Source of the DNA: Flavobacteriales bacterium
GTDB lineage: Bacteria; Bacteroidota; Bacteroidia; Flavobacteriales; UBA7312
Reading direction: 5' to 3'
NCBI GenBank assembly: GCA_965277895.1
Contig: CBDIDR010000001.1
Location: 323,272 to 387,271 of the forward strand
DNA length: 64,000 nucleotides
Below the pieces are notes generated by a model. That model was not told the DNA's origin and made no database searches. It worked only from the letters and a program-made list of their open reading frames with translations. Position 1 is the first letter of the stretch. Each line of letters begins with the position of its first letter. Shown here piece after piece: positions 9,774-20,031 of the stretch. Position numbers and translations under genes: made by a program.

Positions 9774-10271
9774 ATGGACTTATTTAACGACTTTTCATTA
9801 GGCTTGTTTGTTTGGCAGACCGTTTTGTTTTTAGCCTTATTGTTTTTGCTAAGAAAATATGCTTGGAAGCCAATTCTTACTGCAGTAGAAGAGAGAGAAG
9901 AAGGCATCAAAAGTGCTTTGGATGCGGCTGACAATGCCAAGAAAGAAATGGAAGCTCTTAATGCTGACAACGAAAAAATTCTACGTGAAGCAAAAGCAGA
10001 AAGAGACTCTATTTTAAAAGAAGCAAGAGAATTAAAAGACGGCATTATTGCTGAGGCTAAAACACAAGCGTCTGAGGAGGCTGATAAGGTTATGGCGTCT
10101 GCAAGAGAGCAAATTAACAATGAGAAAATGGCAGCTATTACAGAGCTAAAAAATCAAGTAGCCTCATTATCTGTTGATATTGCAGAAAAAATATTGAAGT
10201 CTGAATTAAAAGACGACAACAAGCAAAAAGAAATGGTTAACAGTGCTTTAGAAGAAGCCAGTATAGACTAA
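9774..10271 (+). CDS. atpF: F0F1 ATP synthase subunit b
   Basis: N-terminal TM helix followed by a long charged helix (KAERDSILKEARELKDGIIAEAK). Operon position. Confidence 0.9.
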   Translation: MDLFNDFSLGLFVWQTVLFLALLFLLRKYAWKPILTAVEEREEGIKSALDAADNAKKEMEALNADNEKILREAKAERDSILKEARELKDGIIAEAKTQASEEADKVMASAREQINNEKMAAITELKNQVASLSVDIAEKILKSELKDDNKQKEMVNSALEEASID

Positions 10272-10272
10272 G

Positions 10273-10827
10273 ATGAAAAATACTAGAGCAACATACAGAT
10301 ATGCCAAGTCGCTATTAGAATTAGCTAAAGAGCAAGGTACGTTAGAGGTATGCAAAACAGATATGGAAACCGTTGTTTCTATTTGTAAAGACTCTAGAGA
10401 ATTGATGCTTTTATTGAAAAGCCCAGTTGTAAAAACAGATAAAAAACAAGCCATTTTTTCTGAAATTTTTGGCTCTTGCTCTGATTTAACAATGAGCTTT
10501 ATTCAGTTGATTACACAAAAGAAAAGAGAAGCACTCTTATTTGACATAGCAGAACGCTTTCTGTTGGTTTACAAAGAAAGCTTAGGTATTGGAACCGCAG
10601 TTCTTACAACAGCTACATTCATTGATGAGGATACACGACAAAACGTTCTTGACTTTATTAAAAAACAAGGCATCAATCAAGTGGATTTAACTGAAAAAAT
10701 AGATGAAAGCCTTATAGGAGGAGCAGTTCTTCGACTTGGCGACAAACAACTTGACGCAAGTATAGCGCGTCAGATTAAAGACCTAAAACAATCGTTTAAT
10801 AAAAACCTTTACATAAAGGACTTCTAA
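10273..10827 (+). CDS. atpH: F0F1 ATP synthase subunit delta
   Basis: 184 aa, OSCP-like ([10 protein letters not shown]...[18 protein letters not shown]). Operon position. Confidence 0.85.
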   Translation: MKNTRATYRYAKSLLELAKEQGTLEVCKTDMETVVSICKDSRELMLLLKSPVVKTDKKQAIFSEIFGSCSDLTMSFIQLITQKKREALLFDIAERFLLVYKESLGIGTAVLTTATFIDEDTRQNVLDFIKKQGINQVDLTEKIDESLIGGAVLRLGDKQLDASIARQIKDLKQSFNKNLYIKDF

Positions 10828-10837
10828 ATTAATAAAC

Positions 10838-12418
10838 ATGGCAGAAGTAAAACCAGCTGAGGTATCAGCAATTTTAAGACAACAACTATCAGGGTTCAAA
10901 TCGGAATCGGATTTACAAGAAGTGGGTACAGTATTGCAAGTAGGTGATGGTATCGCTCGTATTTATGGACTTACCAACGTACAGTCTGGTGAGCTTATAG
11001 AATTTGAAAGCGGACTGCAAGGCATCGTTCTTAACCTTGAAGAAGACAATATTGGTGCTGTACTATTAGGACCTTCAAAAGGGATTAAAGAAGGAGATGT
11101 TGTTAAAAGAACAAATCGTATTGCCTCTATTAATGTAGGAGAAGGTATGTTGGGTAGAGTGGTTGACACACTAGGAAATCCAATAGATGGTAAAGGACCT
11201 ATTCAGGGCGAAACCTTTGAAATGCCAATCGAAAGAAAAGCACCAGGTGTAATTTACCGTCAGCCAGTAAACGAGCCATTACAAACAGGTATTAAGGCAA
11301 TTGACGCTATGATTCCTGTAGGAAGAGGGCAAAGAGAGCTTATCATTGGTGACCGTCAAACAGGTAAAACAGCTGTGGCAATTGACACTATCATCAATCA
11401 GAAAGAATTTTACGATAAAGGGGAGCCAGTATTTTGTATTTACGTTGCTGTAGGTCAAAAAGGATCAACAGTAGCCTCTATTGCTAAGACATTAGAAGAT
11501 GCAGGAGCATTAGCCTACACGGTTATTGTAGCATCAAACGCTTCAGATCCAGCACCTATGCAGTTCTACGCACCATTGGCGGGAGCAGCTATTGGCGAAT
11601 ACTTTAGAGATACTGGTAGACCAGCACTTATCGTATTTGATGATTTATCAAAACAAGCGGTGGCTTACCGTGAGGTATCCTTATTATTAAGAAGACCTCC
11701 AGGTCGTGAGGCATACCCAGGAGATGTATTCTACCTTCACTCAAGACTTCTTGAAAGAGCAGCAAAAGTGATTAACGACGATGCCATTGCATCTCAGATG
11801 AACGATTTACCGGATTCTTTGAAAGGAAAAGTAAAAGGTGGTGGCTCACTAACAGCATTGCCAATTATTGAAACACAAGCGGGTGACGTATCGGCTTATA
11901 TTCCAACGAATGTAATTTCTATTACTGACGGACAGATTTTCCTTGATGGTGACTTGTTCAACTCAGGTGTACGTCCAGCGATTAACGTAGGTATTTCGGT
12001 ATCTCGTGTAGGAGGTTCAGCACAGATTAAATCAATGAAAAAGATTTCTGGTACATTAAAGCTTGACCAAGCACAGTACCGTGAGCTTGAGGCTTTTGCT
12101 AAGTTTGGTTCTGACCTTGATGCAGCCACTACAGCTGTAATTGATAAAGGACAGCGTAATGTTGAAATTCTTAAACAAGGTCAGTACTCTCCTCTTAGAG
12201 TAGAAGAGCAAGCAGCTATTATTTTCTGTGGAACAAACGGACTATTAATGGATGTTCCAACCAATAAGGTTAAAGAATTTGAACAAGAGTTTATCGCTTA
12301 CTTACACACTAAACACCAAGATACTCTTGATGCTTTAGCAGCCGGTAAACTAAACGATGATATTACAGATACATTACGTTCTGTATGTGCAGACTTATCT
12401 AAAAAATACGCAGCATAA
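10838..12418 (+). CDS. atpA: F0F1 ATP synthase subunit alpha
   Basis: Walker A GDRQTGKT and highly conserved alpha-subunit sequence throughout. Confidence 0.97.
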   Translation: MAEVKPAEVSAILRQQLSGFKSESDLQEVGTVLQVGDGIARIYGLTNVQSGELIEFESGLQGIVLNLEEDNIGAVLLGPSKGIKEGDVVKRTNRIASINVGEGMLGRVVDTLGNPIDGKGPIQGETFEMPIERKAPGVIYRQPVNEPLQTGIKAIDAMIPVGRGQRELIIGDRQTGKTAVAIDTIINQKEFYDKGEPVFCIYVAVGQKGSTVASIAKTLEDAGALAYTVIVASNASDPAPMQFYAPLAGAAIGEYFRDTGRPALIVFDDLSKQAVAYREVSLLLRRPPGREAYPGDVFYLHSRLLERAAKVINDDAIASQMNDLPDSLKGKVKGGGSLTALPIIETQAGDVSAYIPTNVISITDGQIFLDGDLFNSGVRPAINVGISVSRVGGSAQIKSMKKISGTLKLDQAQYRELEAFAKFGSDLDAATTAVIDKGQRNVEILKQGQYSPLRVEEQAAIIFCGTNGLLMDVPTNKVKEFEQEFIAYLHTKHQDTLDALAAGKLNDDITDTLRSVCADLSKKYAA

Positions 12419-12421
12419 AGG

Positions 12422-13276
12422 ATGGCTAACTTAAAAGAAATACGGGCAAGAATCACTTCGGTAGGTTCTACTATGCAAATTACTAGTGCCATGAAAATGG
12501 TATCGGCAGCTAAACTCAAAAGAGCACAAGATGCCATTACTCAAATGCGTCCGTATGCCAATAAGTTGCGTGAATTATTAGTAAATCTGAGTTCTACATT
12601 AGAGTCTTCAGATGGCGGGGCCTATTCTGATGCCAGACCAGTAAAAAAGCAATTAGTAGTTGCCATTACCTCTAACAGAGGGCTATGCGGTGCGTTCAAC
12701 AATAACGTTATTAAGCAAGCCAAAGTACTAGCTGCTGAATGTGATAATACAGCGTTTCTTACCATCGGTAAAAAAGCCTCTGAACATTTTACTAAAAATG
12801 GTTTTGATGTCGTTTCCACTCACGATGACTTATACACCGACCTATCTTTTGCCAATACTTCGGCAATAGCTCAGGACTTAATGGACCACTTTACTGAGGG
12901 GCGATACGATGAAGTTGTAGTGGTATACAACCAGTTTAAAAACGCGGCTTCTCAGATTTTAATGTCTGAACCGTTTTTGCCGGTAGAAACACCATCGGAT
13001 GATTCAGCAACAATTGGTGATTATATCTTTGAGCCAGAAAAAGAAGAAATAGTAGCTGACCTTATTCCTAAATCATTAAAGATTCAATTATTTAAGGCGG
13101 TATTAGACTCTCACGCTTCAGAACATGGTGCTAGAATGACTGCCATGCACAAAGCGACAGATAATGCAGGAGAGCTCAAAAGAGAGCTTACTCTGACCTA
13201 TAATAAAGCTAGACAAGCAGCCATTACTGGTGAAATTCTAGAAATTGTAGGTGGTGCTGAGGCTCTGAATTCTTAA
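12422..13276 (+). CDS. atpG: F0F1 ATP synthase subunit gamma
   Basis: MANLKEIRARI...TQMRPY N-terminus and the ITGEILEIVGGAEAL C-terminus typical of gamma. Confidence 0.95.
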   Translation: MANLKEIRARITSVGSTMQITSAMKMVSAAKLKRAQDAITQMRPYANKLRELLVNLSSTLESSDGGAYSDARPVKKQLVVAITSNRGLCGAFNNNVIKQAKVLAAECDNTAFLTIGKKASEHFTKNGFDVVSTHDDLYTDLSFANTSAIAQDLMDHFTEGRYDEVVVVYNQFKNAASQILMSEPFLPVETPSDDSATIGDYIFEPEKEEIVADLIPKSLKIQLFKAVLDSHASEHGARMTAMHKATDNAGELKRELTLTYNKARQAAITGEILEIVGGAEALNS

Positions 13277-13299
13277 AAAGGATTAAAACTAGATATTTA

Positions 13300-13327
13300 A
13301 AAAGACCGATTAATTCGGTCTTTTTTC
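13300..13327 (+). terminator. rho-independent terminator after atpG
   Basis: aaaagaccga / tcggtctttt 10-bp stem with a 5-nt loop, followed by a T-run. Confidence 0.7.
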
Positions 13328-13363
13328 ATTTAGAGCGTTTTTATAGTCTCTAACAGAAAAAAC

Positions 13364-13371
13364 TATCTTTG
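13364..13371 (+). promoter_or_regulatory. Bacteroidota -7 promoter box (TATCTTTG)
   Basis: Exact TAnnTTTG match 21 nt upstream of the ATG at 13392. Confidence 0.45.
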
Positions 13372-13391
13372 TCCAAACAACAAATACAAAG

Positions 13392-14168
13392 ATGTCTTAC
13401 CAACTTATTTTATCAGAACACTCTAACGGTTTAGCAACAATAACCATAAACCGACCTCAACAACTTAACGCCTTAAACAAGGAAACGATAGAGGAGTTAA
13501 ATGACGCTATTTTAAAAGCCGATAGAGACAGCAGTGTGAGGTGTATCCTCATTACGGGCTCAGGAACAAAAGCGTTTGTAGCGGGTGCAGATATCAAAGA
13601 ATTTGCTCATTTCAATGCTGAAGAAGGCACACACTTAGCTACAGATGGACAATATTTACTATTCGATTTGTTGGATAATTTATCTACCCCAAGTATTGCA
13701 GCCATCAATGGATTTGCACTAGGTGGAGGCTTAGAATTGGCTATGTCGTGTCATATTCGTGTAGCATCTACCAATGCCAAGATGGGTCTGCCAGAAGTAT
13801 CATTAGGAGTTATTCCTGGCTATGGCGGTACTCAGCGTTTGCGTGAACTTGTAGGCAAAGGAAAGGCTTTAGAAATGATTACCTCTGCAGCTATGCTTAA
13901 TGCCGAAGAGGCTAAAGAATGGGGCCTAGTTAATCATGTTTGTGAACAAGAAGAACTAATGGCTCTTTGTGAAAAGATAGCCGGTCGAATTATTAAAAAT
14001 TCCCCCATTGCCATCTCTAAAGCAATAAAATCCGTTAATGCCGGTTGTAATACAGACGGTTATGAAGCAGAAAAACAAGCCTTTGGCGAATGTTTTGCTA
14101 CCGATGATTTTAAGGAAGGAACAAGTGCTTTTATGGAGAAAAGAAAACCAAATTTCACAGGAAAATAA
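13392..14168 (+). CDS. enoyl-CoA hydratase/isomerase (crotonase) family protein
   Basis: 258 aa. ITINRPQQLNAL, FVAGADIKEF and GFALGGGLELAM crotonase motifs. Confidence 0.9.
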   Translation: MSYQLILSEHSNGLATITINRPQQLNALNKETIEELNDAILKADRDSSVRCILITGSGTKAFVAGADIKEFAHFNAEEGTHLATDGQYLLFDLLDNLSTPSIAAINGFALGGGLELAMSCHIRVASTNAKMGLPEVSLGVIPGYGGTQRLRELVGKGKALEMITSAAMLNAEEAKEWGLVNHVCEQEELMALCEKIAGRIIKNSPIAISKAIKSVNAGCNTDGYEAEKQAFGECFATDDFKEGTSAFMEKRKPNFTGK

Positions 14169-14171
14169 ACA

Positions 14172-15635
14172 GTGAACCCTCTCAAAAAACTACTAGGACA
14201 AACCGCCATTTATGGGCTGAGTAGTATTGTTGGGCGTTTACTCAACTACCTATTAGTACCGCTTTATACGCGGTATTTCACAACCTCAGAATATGGAGAT
14301 GTTACCCTTTTATATGCTTTCGTTGCCTTTCTGTTAATTGTACTTACATATGGAATGGAAACCGCCTTTTTTAGGTTTTCTCAGCGTCAACCCAATAAAA
14401 GCACAGTTTACAGTACCTCCCTCATATCTTTACTGATAAGTTCTTGCTTATTTCTTGTGCTAACCTTATTTAACGCTCAAGCGATTGCTGATGCACTATC
14501 CTTTTCAGCTCACCCTGAATATGTACAGTACTTTGCACTTATTCTTGCTCTGGACGCCTTAAGTGCCATTAGCTTTGCTAAGTTAAGAGAACAAAACCGA
14601 GCTGTTCGATTTGCTAGCATTAGGCTGTTCAACATCTTTGTAAATATTGGTCTAAACCTCTTTTTCATTGTGTATTGTCCTCTTGTACTTTCCAACAACC
14701 TTCAAGGAATAGAATTAATACAAAGCATATATTCAGAAGACATAGGAATTGGCTATATATTTATAGCAAACTTAGTAGCGAGTGCTTTAACACTATTGCT
14801 TTTTGTTCCAGAAATGCTAAAATCCACTTGGCGATTTGATGCTGAATTGTGGCGAAAAATGATGCTATATGCCCTACCACTTATGGTTGCGGGTCTAGCG
14901 GGTATTACCAATGAAACAATTGACCGTATTCTCTTAAAATACCTTTTGCCAGCAGACATTTCAGCCTCAGAAATAGGCTTGTACAGTGCTTTTTATAAAC
15001 TATCCATCATAATGACGCTTTTTGTACAAACGTTTCGATTTGCAGCAGAGCCGTTCTTTTTCGCCCAAGAAAAGGAGAAAAATGCTAAAGCTGTTTATGC
15101 CCTAGTCATGAAATATTTTACAATAGTGACTGCCTTTATATTCTTATCGGTGACAATATACTATGACCTTGTTAAACAATTTATAGGCTCAGACTTTCAC
15201 GATGAAAGAGGGGCAATAATTGTTCCAATTCTTTTATTGGCAAACCTCTTTTTAGGACTGTATTATAATTTATCCGTTTGGTACAAGCTCACTGAAAAGA
15301 CTCTCTTTGGAGCTTACATGTCTCTTTTCGGAGCAGGAATTACCATTTTATTAAATCTACTTTTGATACCAAAACTAGGGTTCGTAGGCTCAGCATGGGC
15401 AACCTTGTGTTGTTACTTTCTGATGGTATTATGCTCGTATTTCTTGGGAAAAAAGCACTACCCTATCCCTTACCCACTGGGCCGAATAGGGCTTTATTTT
15501 ACCCTCATGTTGGCATTATATTTTGTAAGTATAAATTGGTCCTTAGGTATGCTCAATAATACCCTTTATCTTCTTATATTTATAGCGGTTGCTTTTGTGT
15601 TAGAGCGACCAAAAAAATCAAGGCTTAATATCTAA
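14172..15635 (+). CDS. MOP-superfamily polysaccharide/oligosaccharide flippase (Wzx-like)
   Basis: 487 aa with about 14 predicted TM helices and a GTG start. Conserved position upstream of dut in Flavobacteriia. Confidence 0.75.
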   Translation: MNPLKKLLGQTAIYGLSSIVGRLLNYLLVPLYTRYFTTSEYGDVTLLYAFVAFLLIVLTYGMETAFFRFSQRQPNKSTVYSTSLISLLISSCLFLVLTLFNAQAIADALSFSAHPEYVQYFALILALDALSAISFAKLREQNRAVRFASIRLFNIFVNIGLNLFFIVYCPLVLSNNLQGIELIQSIYSEDIGIGYIFIANLVASALTLLLFVPEMLKSTWRFDAELWRKMMLYALPLMVAGLAGITNETIDRILLKYLLPADISASEIGLYSAFYKLSIIMTLFVQTFRFAAEPFFFAQEKEKNAKAVYALVMKYFTIVTAFIFLSVTIYYDLVKQFIGSDFHDERGAIIVPILLLANLFLGLYYNLSVWYKLTEKTLFGAYMSLFGAGITILLNLLLIPKLGFVGSAWATLCCYFLMVLCSYFLGKKHYPIPYPLGRIGLYFTLMLALYFVSINWSLGMLNNTLYLLIFIAVAFVLERPKKSRLNI

Positions 15636-15642
15636 TAATACT

Positions 15643-16077
15643 ATGCAAGTAAACGTTATAAACCGCTCAAAACACCCATTGCCGCAATATGAAACAATAG
15701 CGTCTGCTGGCATGGATGTTCGTGCCAATATCGATGAGCCATTAGAGCTTGCACCCTTACAACGTCAGTTGGTAAAAACAGGATTATTTGTCGAAATACC
15801 CATCGGTTACGAAATACAAGTTCGCCCACGAAGTGGCTTAGCGTACAAAAAGGGGATAACAGTTTTAAATAGTCCAGGAACTATCGATGCAGACTACAGG
15901 GGTGAAATTGGCGTTCTATTAGTGAATCTGTCTTCAGAAACATTTGTGGTCAACGACGGAGAACGTATAGCCCAGCTCGTAATAGCTGCGCATGAACAAG
16001 CTGAATGGCAAGAGGTTGACGAATTAGAAGAATCAAACCGAGGTCAAGGAGGCTTTGGAAGTACTGGAACAAAATAA
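15643..16077 (+). CDS. dut: dUTP diphosphatase
   Basis: 144 aa. [21 protein letters not shown] and GFGSTG motifs. Confidence 0.95.
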   Translation: MQVNVINRSKHPLPQYETIASAGMDVRANIDEPLELAPLQRQLVKTGLFVEIPIGYEIQVRPRSGLAYKKGITVLNSPGTIDADYRGEIGVLLVNLSSETFVVNDGERIAQLVIAAHEQAEWQEVDELEESNRGQGGFGSTGTK

Positions 16078-16081
16078 GCAT

Positions 16082-17815
16082 ATGAGAATAGCCATAATTA
16101 TTTGTCTTTCATTTTTGTTTGTTGAAGCAAAAGCACAAGAACATCCTTTTTATTCAGTTGATGACCCTATCATTAAAAAAGCACTTAGTGCAGTAGACCC
16201 AGTAGAATACCAAAACTTCTATTTTAAAGGCCTCAAGTATAAAATTTTGGGAAATGATGAGAAGGCTTTAGAAGCCTTCAAAAATTGCATACGATTAGAT
16301 GGCTCTGAGCCAACACCAATGTACGAATCGGCACTTATTTATTTTGAATCGGGTAAGCTTGATCAGGCCTTGTTTTTTATAGAAAGCGCCTGTGAAATAG
16401 AAAAGGATAACAAATGGTTTCAACAGCTACTAGCAACGACTTATCTTGAAATAGGGAAATACAGCAAAGCTATAATAGCCTTTAAAGAGTTATTAGAAAT
16501 AGAGCCAGGAAATGAGGATTGGCACTTTGAATTAGCCTCAGCCTATCTGATGAACAACCAAGGAAGAAACGCTATAAAAGTATACGATGACCTTGAAAAA
16601 TACATAGGTCCATATAGCATGCTATACCAACAGAAAAAACGCATTTACACTGAAATTGGCGATAAATCTGCCGCCATATATGAAATCGAAAAATGGGTAA
16701 AGGCTGAGCCAGGAAATATTGAAGCCCTAAACGAATTGGCAGAACTTTACCTTCTTAACGGTAAACAAGATAAGGCCATTTCCACACTCGAAAAGGTGCT
16801 TGAAGTGAATAAAAATGATGCCAGAGCCTTTATTATTTTATCTGAACTATACCGTAATAATAAAGAGGTAGACAAATCCTATGAATATACCATAAAAGCC
16901 TTCGCTTCACAAGACTTAAGTATTGACACCAAGATGCGAACCCTTCTAAACTATTATGATTTTACGGATGAAGATACCAGCCTTTTATCCAAAACATACG
17001 AGCTGATAGAAACTCTGAAGCTAGCACACCCAAACAACGCCAAACCCTTTACAATTGCAGGGGACTTTTATTACAGAGACGGTAAAATTGACGAAGCTCA
17101 AACTAATTTTAGATCTGCTGTTGAACTTGATGCCAGTCGCTACCCCATCTGGCAACAACTTATGATAATTGCTTTTGACAAAAAAGAATACGAGGAAGTC
17201 ATTCAGCTAGGGGAAGCCTCTCAAGAGTTGTTTCCTAGCCAGCCCACGAGTTATTATTTTTCCGGCTTAGCTTATCTGCAGCAAAAGAAATATTCTTCTG
17301 CAATAGACCAGCTCAACACCGGTAAGTTAATGGTTATTGCAAACGACAATTTACTGGCTCAATTTTATGCCTCTTTAGGCGATGCTTACCACGCTATTGA
17401 GAATTATAAGGACTCTGATAAATCTTATGATAAATCGTTGGAGCTATCTCCAGATAACACCTATGTTCTAAATAACTTTAGCTACTACTTATCACTTCGA
17501 AACACTAAGCTTGAACAAGCAGAAGAAATGATGAGTGTTTGTGTAAAATTACAACCTAATCAATCCTCATATGAGGATACGTATGCATGGGTTTTTTATC
17601 AGAAAAAAGATTATAAAAACGCTTTAATATGGTTAGAAAAATCCATCAAAAATGGCGGAAGCTCTAGCGCTACAATTGTTGAACATTATGGCGATGTGCT
17701 GTATCAACTAGGTAGAAATGACGAAGCTCTTGAGCAGTGGATTAAGGCCAAAGAACTAGGATCTGACTCAGAGTGGATTGAGAAAAAAATTGCAGACAAA
17801 ACCCTTTATGAATAA
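16082..17815 (+). CDS. secreted TPR-repeat protein
   Basis: Signal peptide (MRIAIIICLSFLFVEAKA) followed by multiple TPR-like repeats. The ATG at 16082 avoids overlap with dut. Confidence 0.8.
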   Translation: MRIAIIICLSFLFVEAKAQEHPFYSVDDPIIKKALSAVDPVEYQNFYFKGLKYKILGNDEKALEAFKNCIRLDGSEPTPMYESALIYFESGKLDQALFFIESACEIEKDNKWFQQLLATTYLEIGKYSKAIIAFKELLEIEPGNEDWHFELASAYLMNNQGRNAIKVYDDLEKYIGPYSMLYQQKKRIYTEIGDKSAAIYEIEKWVKAEPGNIEALNELAELYLLNGKQDKAISTLEKVLEVNKNDARAFIILSELYRNNKEVDKSYEYTIKAFASQDLSIDTKMRTLLNYYDFTDEDTSLLSKTYELIETLKLAHPNNAKPFTIAGDFYYRDGKIDEAQTNFRSAVELDASRYPIWQQLMIIAFDKKEYEEVIQLGEASQELFPSQPTSYYFSGLAYLQQKKYSSAIDQLNTGKLMVIANDNLLAQFYASLGDAYHAIENYKDSDKSYDKSLELSPDNTYVLNNFSYYLSLRNTKLEQAEEMMSVCVKLQPNQSSYEDTYAWVFYQKKDYKNALIWLEKSIKNGGSSSATIVEHYGDVLYQLGRNDEALEQWIKAKELGSDSEWIEKKIADKTLYE

Positions 17816-18542
17816 ACTAAGCCTTTTCATAGTTATATTGTTTTTGTCCTCTTGCGTTGGCATAAAATGGACGACCAATACAAGTTCACAATCAGCCTCA
17901 GCAGTTTTAAAGAAAGCGGAAGTCAACACAAAAGACATGCGATGGCTTACTACAAGCATCAAAGGAAAAGCCGATTTCGATAATAGAAGCCTTTCTATAA
18001 CTGCACAGTTACGCATGAGAAAAGATAGCGTCATTTGGATGTCTATGTCTGCCTTAATGGGGATTGAGGCGGCACGTGTTCACATTACCCCTGACAGTGT
18101 AAAACTGATTAATCGTTTGAATGCCACTTATTTTGTCGGTGGCATTGAATCTCTATCAGAAGAATACAATTTGCCATTTTCCTTTTATGAGCTACAAGAC
18201 GTTTTACTTGCTGCAATTCGTCAAAAAGAAAACACCACATACACCCTTGATGTAAGCCCAGATGCCTACACCCTATTTTCCTCAAGTGGTCAAAGCATTA
18301 TAAAGCTAAACACTATCTATTTACCTATGGAGGTTTTTCATAGTCGCTCCGATAGTCAGTTTGTGAAAATTAATTATCAGAACTTCCTCCAAACAGATTC
18401 TATTTGGCTTCCCAAAACAGTCAATATTGATGTGCAATCTTCTGAAAAGACAGCAGAAGTAACACTCAACTATTCTAAAACGACTGTAAATCGCCCACAA
18501 AAAGTAAAATTCTCTATACCTTCGTCATATGTGCCGATGTAG
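17808..18542 (+). CDS. DUF4292-like lipoprotein (LolA-like fold family)
   Basis: Lipobox MNKLSLFIVILFLSSC. Size and position between the TPR protein and an M23/EnvC-like gene match conserved Bacteroidota synteny. Family name comes from synteny and recall, not a search. Confidence 0.6.
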   Translation: MNKLSLFIVILFLSSCVGIKWTTNTSSQSASAVLKKAEVNTKDMRWLTTSIKGKADFDNRSLSITAQLRMRKDSVIWMSMSALMGIEAARVHITPDSVKLINRLNATYFVGGIESLSEEYNLPFSFYELQDVLLAAIRQKENTTYTLDVSPDAYTLFSSSGQSIIKLNTIYLPMEVFHSRSDSQFVKINYQNFLQTDSIWLPKTVNIDVQSSEKTAEVTLNYSKTTVNRPQKVKFSIPSSYVPM

Positions 18543-19788
18543 ATCATATCTTCTGACTGTTGTATTTACTTTAGGGTTTTGCCTACTTGCCAACTCCCAG
18601 TCTAAAGAGGTTTTACAATCCAAAAAAGCTCAAATACAAAAGGAGATTCAATTGACTAATAAGCTGATTAAAAAGGCAAAAAAGGAAAAGAATCAATCTA
18701 TAAATATTTTATCTACTCTAAATAAGCAGATAGAGTCTAGGGGGGAAATTGTTAAAACGCTAGACCTAGAAATAAAGATGACAATTGTTCAAATAGAGAA
18801 TCTTAAGGCTGAAATAAAAGACACTAAACAGTCAATTCAAAACCAACAGAACCTTCTCGACACCCTCAAGAAGGAATATGCTTTAATGATCAGACACGCT
18901 TACCACAATAGAAATTCTTATGACCGCCTTGCGTTCATTTTTTCGGCTCAAAGTTATAATCAAGCTTTTAAACGAATTAGGTACTTGCAAGAATACAGCC
19001 AGTTTAGGCAAAAACAGGTAAAAGAAATAAAAGAAGTAGAGCGGCAATTATCAGAAGAGCTTTTAAGCCTAAAACGTCAGAAAGTCTTGCTTACTGTGGC
19101 TAAAAACGAAAGGAACGCTATGCTTGGCGAATCTCAAATAGAAATTAATCTTCTTACCCAAGAAAAGCAATCTCAAAACACCTTTTTGTCTAGTCTTAGG
19201 AAAAGGGAAAAGAAGCTAAAGAAAGACCTTTCCAAACAGCAACAGCTTGCCAAAACACTAGACGATAAGATTAAAAAAATTATTGCGGAAGAAATACGCA
19301 AAGCCAAAGAAAAGGCTAATGTTGGCGGAGGTGTTACCCTGTCATTAACCCCAGAAGAGCAGCAATTAGCGGATAATTTCAGCTCTAATAAAGGTAAGTT
19401 GCCCTGGCCTGTTGAACGCGGCGTTATCATTGAGCGATTTGGTATACAGCCCCACCCTGTTCTACGAGGAATTGAAACCCTTAACAATGGTGTAAAAATC
19501 ACCACTGAAGAAGGGTCTTTCGTAAGAGCTATTTTTGAAGGGAAGGTTTCACGAATTATTGATATTCCTGGCTCAGGCAAAGCGGTTATTATTAGTCATG
19601 GAGATTACTTTACCGTATATTCCAACCTAATAGAAGTCTTTGTAAAGCGAGGTCAAACAGTGGGATTGAAAGAAGATATTGCTCGAGTTTTCACTAAATC
19701 TTCAAACAAAGAATCCATTACCGAGCTTCAAATATGGAAGGGCAGCGAAAAGCTTGACCCATCCTCTTGGCTTTATAAAGCGTACTAG
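18529..19788 (+). CDS. coiled-coil M23 peptidase-domain protein (EnvC-like murein hydrolase activator)
   Basis: About 270 aa of K/E/Q-rich coiled coil, then a LytM-type domain (GKLPWPV...GIETLNNGVKI...VIISHGDYFTVYSNL). Confidence 0.8.
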   Translation: MCRCRSYLLTVVFTLGFCLLANSQSKEVLQSKKAQIQKEIQLTNKLIKKAKKEKNQSINILSTLNKQIESRGEIVKTLDLEIKMTIVQIENLKAEIKDTKQSIQNQQNLLDTLKKEYALMIRHAYHNRNSYDRLAFIFSAQSYNQAFKRIRYLQEYSQFRQKQVKEIKEVERQLSEELLSLKRQKVLLTVAKNERNAMLGESQIEINLLTQEKQSQNTFLSSLRKREKKLKKDLSKQQQLAKTLDDKIKKIIAEEIRKAKEKANVGGGVTLSLTPEEQQLADNFSSNKGKLPWPVERGVIIERFGIQPHPVLRGIETLNNGVKITTEEGSFVRAIFEGKVSRIIDIPGSGKAVIISHGDYFTVYSNLIEVFVKRGQTVGLKEDIARVFTKSSNKESITELQIWKGSEKLDPSSWLYKAY

Positions 19789-19800
19789 TAAAAAAATCTG

Positions 19801-19808
19801 TACTTTTG
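19801..19808 (+). promoter_or_regulatory. Bacteroidota -7 promoter box (TACTTTTG)
   Basis: Exact TAnnTTTG match 25 nt upstream of the tatA ATG at 19833. Confidence 0.45.
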
Positions 19809-19832
19809 CTAGCATCAAATACCTTATAAATT

Positions 19833-20012
19833 ATGACATCATCTACATTACTTGTAATAGGTTGGCCTCAAATCGTCCTCATAGTTGTTATTGTTCTAAT
19901 CCTTTTTGGAGGAAAAAAACTTCCTGAATTAATGAAAGGCTTAGGAAAAGGCATGAAGGAATTTAAGGACGCTACTAAGGAACTAAACGAAGACAATAAA
20001 GAGGAAAAGTAA
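19833..20012 (+). CDS. tatA: twin-arginine translocase subunit TatA/E (59 aa, absent from the ORF track)
   Basis: Hand translation: [61 protein letters not shown] helix plus the FGxxKLPEL hinge and an amphipathic helix form the TatA signature. Confidence 0.85.
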   Translation: MTSSTLLVIGWPQIVLIVVIVLILFGGKKLPELMKGLGKGMKEFKDATKELNEDNKEEK

Positions 20013-20031
20013 AAACACTCTTTAAGACAAT

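Noticed and set aside
9473-12537. Antisense ORFs inside the atp operon (9473..9697, 9749..10120, 10963..11169, 11896..12129, 12298..12537)
   Set aside because: They lie opposite highly conserved ATP synthase genes and have no independent signals. These are typical shadow ORFs.
8298-13276. Missing atpD/atpC (beta, epsilon) as an operon truncation or deletion
   Set aside because: A split atp organisation, with atpDC encoded elsewhere, is the normal arrangement in Bacteroidota. A clean terminator follows atpG.
19679-19927. 82-aa + strand ORF spanning the EnvC-like 3' end and tatA region
   Set aside because: It is out of frame with both real genes. The true gene here is the 59-aa tatA (19833..20012).
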